A stretch of DNA of 64,000 nucleotides, taken from positions 5,056,001 to 5,120,000 of the forward strand of contig CBDETY010000003.1 of NCBI GenBank assembly GCA_965243025.1. Direction: 5' to 3'. This document shows positions 57,134-64,000 of the stretch, in pieces. The position numbers were made by a program, and so were the translations under genes. Under the pieces are notes generated by a model, which was not told the origin of the DNA, made no database searches, and was given only the letters and a program-made list of their open reading frames with translations. Positions within the stretch are counted from its first letter, which is position 1; each line of letters begins with the position of its first letter. The DNA comes from Candidatus Latescibacterota bacterium (GTDB lineage Bacteria; Latescibacterota; UBA2968; UBA8231).

Positions 57134-58606
57134 ATGCGAAGACACCGAACCATCTACTTCAACGACGCCCGCCACTACTACCTGTTCGTGTTCGAGCCCC
57201 CCATGCGCATGGAGGACGCATGGAAGCCTGTCGACGAGGTGGCCGGTACCGCGGTCGACACCCTCGCCTACGGGGTCAGCCGGGGGGACGGGCTGTTCTA
57301 CCCTTCCGAAAAGGGGCGGCGCTTCGGGGAGGACGTCGAAAAGATGACGATGGCGGCGTACTGGCGGGTGTGGGAGAACATGCAGAGCCTGATCGACCGC
57401 GGACTCGACCCGCTCCGGGTCCTGGTGGACCGCGCCCATGAAAAGGGGATGGACTTTTTCGCCAGCCTGCGCATGGGTGATTTCCCGGGGCTCGATCCCT
57501 CGTTCACGCTGCCCGGCGGCGGACGCGGCTACGTCCACGAGGAAACGCGGGACCACCAGTTCGGCGTCCTCGAAGAGCTGGCCACCCGCTATCCGGTGGA
57601 GGGGGTGGAGCTCGATTTCGCCGCGGCCCCCGCCGGTACGAGCTTCTGGCTCCAGCCGGAGGACGTCGAGGAGCACACCCCGCTGATGACGGACTACGTG
57701 CGCGGGATCTCGCGAATGGTGCGGCAGCGGCCCGGGAAGCCGGGGGTGCTGGGGGTCCGCGTCTACCCTGCGGAAGAGCTGAACCTCAAGGCGGGCCTCG
57801 ACGTGCGCGCCTGGCTCGAAGAGGGACTCGTCGACTACGTCGTGCCGCTGGTGTACGTCTTTTTCGTGCTCGATTCGCACATGCCCACTGATTGGCTGAT
57901 CGAGGCGGCGCACGCCAGCGACGTCTCGGTCTATCCCATGCTGCAGCCCTACTACAGCGACGGCAGCAGGCAGTTCCACAGCGTCACCAACGCCACGCCG
58001 GCCATGATGCGGGGCGCCGCCGCCAACAACCTGGCGCGGGGGGCCGACGGCATCTACACCTGGTTCATGCCGTGGCCCCTTGGCGAGAGCGAGCGCAACA
58101 CCTTGACCGAGCTGGGGGATCCCGAACTCGTCGCCGAGGGGGACAAGCACTATTTCCTGCGGCGGGCGAGCGAAGCCGCCGCCGGTCACGACTACCTGGC
58201 GCACCTGCCCCTTGCCCTTCCCCAGGCCGACGCCGGCAAGCCGTTTCAGCTGCCGTTCTACGTCGCCGACGATCCCGGCAACCCCCAGGTGCAGCGGGTC
58301 ACCTTGCGCCTCGGCGTCAGCGACCTGCTGAGCGCCGACAGGCTCGAGGTATCCCTGAACGGGGTGTCCCTGGCGGGCGAAACCTGCACGCGCACCGCGC
58401 TTCACCAGGTCGATCCCTACATGGGACAGTGGCTGGAGTTCGACTTGCGCTCGGTGCGGCCGCGGCAGGGGGAGAACGTTCTCGGCCTGGTGCTGCAGGG
58501 GCGTCCTGAGAACATCGATTCCGAGATCGCCGTCGAGGATCTGGAGATCGTCGTCAACTATGGAACCTTTCCCGCGGTGCCGGCATCAGGCGCCGGGGAG
58601 CACTGA
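57134..58606 (+). CDS. Uncharacterised glycoside-hydrolase-like TIM-barrel protein (paralog of 20620-22065)
   Basis: AAAGGAG RBS; IYFNDARHYYLFVFEPP, YPVEGVELDF, GADGIYTWF. Confidence 0.72.
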   Translation: MRRHRTIYFNDARHYYLFVFEPPMRMEDAWKPVDEVAGTAVDTLAYGVSRGDGLFYPSEKGRRFGEDVEKMTMAAYWRVWENMQSLIDRGLDPLRVLVDRAHEKGMDFFASLRMGDFPGLDPSFTLPGGGRGYVHEETRDHQFGVLEELATRYPVEGVELDFAAAPAGTSFWLQPEDVEEHTPLMTDYVRGISRMVRQRPGKPGVLGVRVYPAEELNLKAGLDVRAWLEEGLVDYVVPLVYVFFVLDSHMPTDWLIEAAHASDVSVYPMLQPYYSDGSRQFHSVTNATPAMMRGAAANNLARGADGIYTWFMPWPLGESERNTLTELGDPELVAEGDKHYFLRRASEAAAGHDYLAHLPLALPQADAGKPFQLPFYVADDPGNPQVQRVTLRLGVSDLLSADRLEVSLNGVSLAGETCTRTALHQVDPYMGQWLEFDLRSVRPRQGENVLGLVLQGRPENIDSEIAVEDLEIVVNYGTFPAVPASGAGEH

Positions 58607-58618
58607 AGGAGAGGGACG

Positions 58619-59467
58619 GTGTCCACGGGCGATCAGGTCCGGGCGGCGGAAGATCTGCCCCCGGTGTCGCGCGGGGTGAGCGACGAACTGACCCTGCTCA
58701 CCCCGGCTCAGCTGGAGCACATGCACGCCTTCGGGTACCTCGTGCTGCGGGGCCTGCTGACCGCGCCGGAGGCAGGCCGCCTGCAACGCGAGGCCGCGGA
58801 GATAATGGCCGCCGAGGGAGTCGACCATCCGGGCGGCCGGGCGCTCCAGCCCTTTTTCGAGCGCGGCCCCTTTCTCTCGCAGCTGCCTGCCGACGACCGC
58901 ATTTACGGACTCGGCGAAGACCTTCTCGGACCGGACTTTTTTCTCGATGGAACCGAAGGCAACCTGCACGCCGGGGACACCCCGTGGCACGGCGGGGACG
59001 GGCGCACATCGCAGGTTCTGCCCGAGATCAAGATCGCCTTCTATCCGCAGGCGCTTACCCGTGAAACCGGTTGCCTGCGGGTAATTCCCGGCAGCCACCG
59101 GATCGGCGAACGCGACCCGTTCGCCCAGCTGCGCAAGCGCCGCGACGACTTCGGTTTCCGCCCCTTCGGGGTGCACCCGGAGGAGGTGCCGTGCGTGCCC
59201 CTGGAAACCGAACCGGGGGACGTGGTCGTCTTCCACGAGGACGTGGTGCACGCGGCTTTCGGCGGCGGCCCGGGGCGTCACCAGCACGCGGTCAACTTCG
59301 CGGCTCACCCCCGGACGGGGGAACAGTTCGAACTGGTGCGCGAGCTCTACGCCCAACACAGGTTCGGGTTCCATCCCTCCGAGTCATACATAAACAGCGA
59401 CAACCCGCGGCTGCGGCGCATGGTCGCATTCCTGGTCGAAATGGGGTTTGAAACTTCCAGGGTGTGA
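58619..59467 (+). CDS. PhyH-family Fe(II)/2-oxoglutarate enzyme with atypical HxG motif
   Basis: FGYLVLRGLL, GDTPWHGGD, GCLRVIPGSH, EPGDVVVF, distal VHAAFGG..R. Confidence 0.82.
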   Translation: MSTGDQVRAAEDLPPVSRGVSDELTLLTPAQLEHMHAFGYLVLRGLLTAPEAGRLQREAAEIMAAEGVDHPGGRALQPFFERGPFLSQLPADDRIYGLGEDLLGPDFFLDGTEGNLHAGDTPWHGGDGRTSQVLPEIKIAFYPQALTRETGCLRVIPGSHRIGERDPFAQLRKRRDDFGFRPFGVHPEEVPCVPLETEPGDVVVFHEDVVHAAFGGGPGRHQHAVNFAAHPRTGEQFELVRELYAQHRFGFHPSESYINSDNPRLRRMVAFLVEMGFETSRV

Positions 59468-59506
59468 AGCTGCAACCCCCCTGACCATGGTGGAAATGGA
59501 CTGTCG

Positions 59507-61126
59507 ATGGCGAGCAGAGAGCGCAGGATAATCAGCAACGACGACGGCTGGATCATGAACCTCGAGACACCGGTCACCCCGGAAACCATTGCGGAGGGCA
59601 TGGTCGCCACCTACCCGGGTTCGCCCGTTGGCGGAGTGTCCTGGTGCGTCGGCAACAGCGAGACCTTCGCCTACGAAACGGAGGTCGGCGAACGCTTTGG
59701 CGAGGGCCGGGAGCATTTCGCGGAGGAACGCAATTCATGGACGCAGCGAAATCTCCGCAGCCTGATCGAGTCATCCGGCGGCCCGATGCAGGAGATCGTC
59801 CGGCAGTTCCACGAGGCGGGCATCGAAGTGCTGCCTTCGCTGCGCATGAACAGCCACTACGACAGCCCTTTCGACTCGCCCGCACATGGCCGCTTCCGGC
59901 GCGATCACCCCGAGTGGCTCATCGGCCAGCCCTACGAATACATCCCCAGGCCCACCCTCGAATACGCCATCGCCCGCGGGGTGGACTACAAGTTCCCCGG
60001 CGTTCGCGAGCACATGGCCAGGATCGTTTTCGAACTGTGCGAACGCTTCGACGTCGACGGCATCGAGCTCGACTACTTCCGGCATCCTGCCTTCTTCCGG
60101 ATCGAGGAAGCCTGCTCCAACCGCTACCTGATGACGGACTTCGTGCGGCGCATCCGGCGGCGCCTCGACGAGGTCGGCGAGAAGCGGGGCAGGCATCTCG
60201 ACCTGCTCGTGCGCGTGCCGCCGACGCTCTACGACGCCAGGCGGATCGGACTGGACGTCGAGACCTGGATTTCGGAAGGACTGGTCGACATCGTCGCCGC
60301 GGGGGGCGGCTTCATGCCTTTCGAGCAGCCGATCCGCGAGTTCGTCGAGGCCGCGGAGGGGACCGACTGCCTGATCTACGGGAGCCTGGAGGCGCTGCGG
60401 TGGGCGCTGGACGAGGAGGTGCTCTACGCGCTGGCGGCGCGGTTCTGGGAGGCCGGCGTCGACGGGTTCTACCTGTTCAATTACTTCAACACCCCGAACG
60501 AGTGGAAGAAGCGGGTCCTTGGAAACATGGTCGACCGGCCGAAACTCCGCCGCCTGAACAAGCGCTACGAGCTCGACCATTCCGACCGCGTCGGCAGCAA
60601 GGAGCACCACGTGGGAGCGTTCCGGTACGCCCTGCCCTGGGCTTCGCTGCCGGTGTTCATGGAGGAGACGGAGCCCGGGGGCGGCGCGGTACTGACCCTG
60701 GACGTCGCCGACGACGTGACCGCCGCCCTGTCCGAGAGGGTCCTCGATTCCTGTACCTTGAGTCTCGGCTTCAGCCATTTCCCGCAAGGGGATGCGCTGG
60801 ATCTGCGTATCAATGGCGAGCCGGTGACCTGGGATACGCGCCGGGTTTCCGACGAGGGTTGGGGGCACACGGTGTTCGACGGCGAGGTGTACCATACGAC
60901 CATGCAGGAGGAGCGCGTCCAGGGCACCCTGATTCAGTTCGATGTCAGCGCCCGGTCGATCGCGAAGGGGGGAAATGAACTGGCGGTACGCCTCGTCAAG
61001 GGGCGCGGCCCTCGTTTCGAACCGGTTTTTCTCAAAGAAGTGCGGCTGGAGATCGGCTTCGCACAGGCCGGCACCATGGCGGACAGCGGCCAGGGGAACC
61101 CGCCCGATGGGCCGAAACAGAGCTGA
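59507..61126 (+). CDS. Glycoside-hydrolase-like (GHL10/DUF187-type) TIM-barrel protein
   Basis: RIISNDDG, SLRMNSHY, RDHPEW, VDYKFPGVR, FDVDGIELDYFRH, GVDGFYLFNYF. Confidence 0.72.
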   Translation: MASRERRIISNDDGWIMNLETPVTPETIAEGMVATYPGSPVGGVSWCVGNSETFAYETEVGERFGEGREHFAEERNSWTQRNLRSLIESSGGPMQEIVRQFHEAGIEVLPSLRMNSHYDSPFDSPAHGRFRRDHPEWLIGQPYEYIPRPTLEYAIARGVDYKFPGVREHMARIVFELCERFDVDGIELDYFRHPAFFRIEEACSNRYLMTDFVRRIRRRLDEVGEKRGRHLDLLVRVPPTLYDARRIGLDVETWISEGLVDIVAAGGGFMPFEQPIREFVEAAEGTDCLIYGSLEALRWALDEEVLYALAARFWEAGVDGFYLFNYFNTPNEWKKRVLGNMVDRPKLRRLNKRYELDHSDRVGSKEHHVGAFRYALPWASLPVFMEETEPGGGAVLTLDVADDVTAALSERVLDSCTLSLGFSHFPQGDALDLRINGEPVTWDTRRVSDEGWGHTVFDGEVYHTTMQEERVQGTLIQFDVSARSIAKGGNELAVRLVKGRGPRFEPVFLKEVRLEIGFAQAGTMADSGQGNPPDGPKQS

Positions 61127-61169
61127 CGGGCTCGCGGCCGGTGACTTCCAGACCAACCGGCGTTCCCCC

Positions 61170-63482
61170 ATGGCGCGCGACGCAACGACGCCGGCTCCGC
61201 AACGCTGTTCTCAACGGCTGCCGATGACACTGCTTCTGCTGGCAGCATCCCTGCCTTTGGCCATCGCGGCCTGCCGGGAACCCCCTGCCGACAACAGGAC
61301 CGAAGGCACCCGGCGCATGGCGCAGGTGCTTATCGAGATCGCCGAGGGCGTCGAGCCGCTCGCCCACCCGTACGCCAACGACGTGCGAGTGCGGCATTTC
61401 CGCGATGAAGTGGCGCGGCTGCGCCGGGCCCCGGACCCGCGGGATTCCCGCGTCAAGTCGCAGATCTTCAGGACCCGCCTCGATCTGGCCAACGAACTGC
61501 TTCTCGACGGTCAGTCGGAGGCGGCGATCGCTGAATTCCGCGGGCTGCAGGCGGAGGCAAGCGGGCGCAGGATGCACCACCGCCTGCAGATCTTTCTGGG
61601 GCTTTCCTATCTCCGGCTGGGAGAGCAGGAGAACTGCATCCTCAATCACAATACCGAATCCTGCCTGTTCCCCATCTCCGGCGCCGGCGCCCACGCGCTG
61701 CCCCGGGGCGCGCGGGCGGCGGCCGCCGAGTTCGAAGGGGTGCTGCAGCGCAACCCGGACGATCTTTCTTCCCGGTGGCTGCTCAACATCGCCTACATGA
61801 ACCTGGGTGAGTACCCGGAGTCGGTGCCTCCCGAGCAGCTGATGCCGCCCCACCTTTTCGAATCCGATTACGACATCGGCCGCTTTCGCGACGCGGCTCC
61901 GGCGGCGGGGCTGGACCTGACAGGGCTGTCCGGGGGGGTGATCATGGAGGACTTCGACCGCGACGGGCACCTCGACATCATGGTCTCCTCCTGGGGCCGG
62001 CGCGATCCGCTGCGCTACTTCCGGAACAACGGCGACGGCACCTTTGCCGACCGGACGGAAACCGCCGGCCTGGCAGGCATCGTCGGCGGCCTCAACAGCA
62101 AGCAGGCCGACTACGACAACGACGGCTGGTCCGACGCTCTCATCCTGCGGGGAGCCTGGCTCAACCGCCCGCCCGCCACCGACGGAGGCCGCCGCCCCAA
62201 CTCACTGCTGAGGAACCTGGGGGGCAGCCGTTTCGACGACGTCACCGAAGCGGCCGGCATCCTCACCCTGCACCCGACGCAGACCGCCGCCTGGGGGGAT
62301 TACGACAACGACGGCTGGCTCGATCTCTACATCGGCAACGAATCTTTCGGCGCCGGGCGGCACCCGTGCGAGCTGTTCCACAACGAGGCCGACGGCACCT
62401 TCCGCGACCGCGCCGCCGCCGCGGGTCTGGCGGTTGAGGGGTATGTGAAGGCGGTCATGTGGGGGGATTACGACAACGACGGAATGCTGGATATGTACCT
62501 GTCGCGCCTCCACCCGAAGGAGTCCAACCTGCTGTTCCGCAACGAGGGCGGCGACGGCTCGCGGCGTTTCGCGGACGTGACCGAAGCGGCGGGGGTGCCC
62601 GGTCCGCCGCGCAGCTTTCCGGGCTGGTTCTGGGACTACGACAACGACGGCTGGCTCGACATCTTCGTCTCCGGCTACAAGGCCCGCCCCACCGACGTAG
62701 CCGCCGAGTACCTGGGGCTGGAGAGCACCGCGGAGCACCCGCGCCTCTACCGCAACGACGGCGACGGCACGTTTGCCGACGTCACTGCCGCCGCCCGCCT
62801 CGACAAGGCCCTGCTTACCATGGGCTGCAACTACGGCGATCTCGACAACGACGGGTACCTGGACTGCTACCTCGGAACCGGCGACCCCGGCCTGATCTCC
62901 CTCATGCCCAACCGGATGTTCCGCAACGCCGCGGGGCGGTTCTTCCAGGACGTCACCACTTCCGGCGGTTTCGGGCATCTGCAGAAGGGGCACGGCGTCG
63001 CCTTCGGCGATCTCGATCACGACGGCGACCAGGAGGTCTTCGCCGTGATGGGAGGGGCCTTCTCCGGCGATGTCTACCAGAACGTGCTGTTCGAGAACCC
63101 CGGCCACGGCAACAACTGGCTCAAGCTCGAGCTGGAAGGGGTGCGGTCCAACCGGGACGCTGTCGGCGCCCGCATCGAAGTTCACGTGCGCGGGGAGGAC
63201 GGCGCCCGCGTGATCCGTTCGCGGGTGTCCGGGGGCAGCAGCTTCGGCGCCTCGAGCATGCGGCGGGAAATCGGCCTGGGCCGCGCCAGCGCCATCGAAG
63301 CACTCGAGATCTTCTGGCCGGCCAGCGGCACGACGCAGCGGTTCGAGGAGGTGGAGATGAACACGCTGCTGCGGATCCGGGAAGGAGACGCGGCTCTGAC
63401 TGCGCATTCCTTCGAACCGTTCGAGCTGGGTGGTTCGGCGGCCGGCGAGAACCCCGCAACCCATCACGCCAGCCGCCCGTAA
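61170..63482 (+). CDS. CRTAC1-family (FG-GAP + ASPIC/UnbV) lipoprotein
   Basis: Lipobox IAA-C (start 61170 or 61224); YLRLGEQENC; DYDNDGWLD repeats; GHLQKGHGV; SNRDAVGARI...IGLG...IFWP. Confidence 0.9.
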   Translation: MARDATTPAPQRCSQRLPMTLLLLAASLPLAIAACREPPADNRTEGTRRMAQVLIEIAEGVEPLAHPYANDVRVRHFRDEVARLRRAPDPRDSRVKSQIFRTRLDLANELLLDGQSEAAIAEFRGLQAEASGRRMHHRLQIFLGLSYLRLGEQENCILNHNTESCLFPISGAGAHALPRGARAAAAEFEGVLQRNPDDLSSRWLLNIAYMNLGEYPESVPPEQLMPPHLFESDYDIGRFRDAAPAAGLDLTGLSGGVIMEDFDRDGHLDIMVSSWGRRDPLRYFRNNGDGTFADRTETAGLAGIVGGLNSKQADYDNDGWSDALILRGAWLNRPPATDGGRRPNSLLRNLGGSRFDDVTEAAGILTLHPTQTAAWGDYDNDGWLDLYIGNESFGAGRHPCELFHNEADGTFRDRAAAAGLAVEGYVKAVMWGDYDNDGMLDMYLSRLHPKESNLLFRNEGGDGSRRFADVTEAAGVPGPPRSFPGWFWDYDNDGWLDIFVSGYKARPTDVAAEYLGLESTAEHPRLYRNDGDGTFADVTAAARLDKALLTMGCNYGDLDNDGYLDCYLGTGDPGLISLMPNRMFRNAAGRFFQDVTTSGGFGHLQKGHGVAFGDLDHDGDQEVFAVMGGAFSGDVYQNVLFENPGHGNNWLKLELEGVRSNRDAVGARIEVHVRGEDGARVIRSRVSGGSSFGASSMRREIGLGRASAIEALEIFWPASGTTQRFEEVEMNTLLRIREGDAALTAHSFEPFELGGSAAGENPATHHASRP

Positions 63483-63507
63483 AGCCATCGCGATCCTGCG
63501 GGGCCGA

Positions 63508-64000
63508 ATGCAAAAGGAATCGAAGACAGGCCGGGTCGTCCGCGGCGTAACGCCGCGCTCCCTGGTCGTCGGCACCATCGGCTCCGTCGCCATCGGCACC
63601 GGCGTTCCCTACGTCGGCATGATGATCTACGGCGAGCGCATAGCCGCGCTGATGACGACCGCCGCCGCTCTCATCCTGTTCTTCTACTTCGTCTTTCTGT
63701 TGAACGCACTCGTCGGCGCGCTGCGCCGGCAGTGGATGCTGAGGCGCCCGGAGCTCGCCCTGATCTACATCATGTGGATCATCGCGACCCCGATCCCCGA
63801 GCGCGGGCTCACCTCGTTCCTGCTGCCCCACATAACCAGCGTCATCTACTACGCCACCCCGGAGAACAACTGGGACAGCCTGTTCCCGTTCATACCGGAC
63901 TGGATGATCCCGCATCACGACTTCGAGCAGATCAAGTACTTCTACGAGGGGGCGCCCCAGGGTCAGGGGATCCCGTGGGAGCTGTGGCTGCCGCCCCTGG
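63508..64000 (+). CDS. 5' part of a DUF6785-type polytopic membrane protein (putative transporter), truncated by window end
   Basis: Not in ORF track; my translation: MQKESKTGRVVRGVTPRSLVVG...ELALIYIM...YYATPENNW...IPDW...FYEG...IPWELWLPPL, open to the window edge. Confidence 0.72.
   Translation, partial: MQKESKTGRVVRGVTPRSLVVGTIGSVAIGTGVPYVGMMIYGERIAALMTTAAALILFFYFVFLLNALVGALRRQWMLRRPELALIYIMWIIATPIPERGLTSFLLPHITSVIYYATPENNWDSLFPFIPDWMIPHHDFEQIKYFYEGAPQGQGIPWELWLPPL

Noticed and set aside
54320-63040. Recurring GACTACGACAACGACGG-like sequences that could look like a repeat array or CRISPR
   Set aside because: They encode the DYDNDG FG-GAP motifs of the two CRTAC1 proteins; spacing is irregular, in frame and coding, and there are no cas genes.

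Overview
High-GC chromosomal window from a diderm bacterium. The gene content (T9SS/FlgD-type C-terminal domains, dockerin-like EF-hand tail, 'TSWGxIK' tail, sigma70 lacking region 1.1, several PhyH/CRTAC1/DUF6785-type genes) suggests an FCB-group lineage such as Latescibacterota; this is an inference. About 45 CDS and one tRNA-Leu(CAA) are supported; I saw no CRISPR array, transposase, integrase or prophage. Bases 1-25 kb hold housekeeping and catabolic genes (ogt, orphan DNA methyltransferase, hrpA, MscS, amidohydrolases, nfeD-nfeD-floA operon, tRNA, sigma factor). Bases 25-64 kb form a cell-envelope and secreted-protein region. Main leads: (1) a 38.5-54 kb locus of three paralogous large secreted proteins that share a PNPF(T/S)PNGDG tail ending in Tyr, with a degenerate parvulin lipoprotein, a predicted Ca-binding outer-membrane barrel, a degenerate GT-C/TPR protein and a separately terminated 'SWGLIK'-tail protein, next to a gingipain/PorU-like C25 protease - a candidate undescribed surface-assembly or uptake system; (2) a selenoprotein redoxin (UGGC motif plus SECIS-like hairpin) that the ORF track splits in two; (3) a PhyH-family Fe/2OG enzyme with HxG in place of HxD, a candidate halogenase. 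All family calls come from motif recognition by eye, not from database searches.
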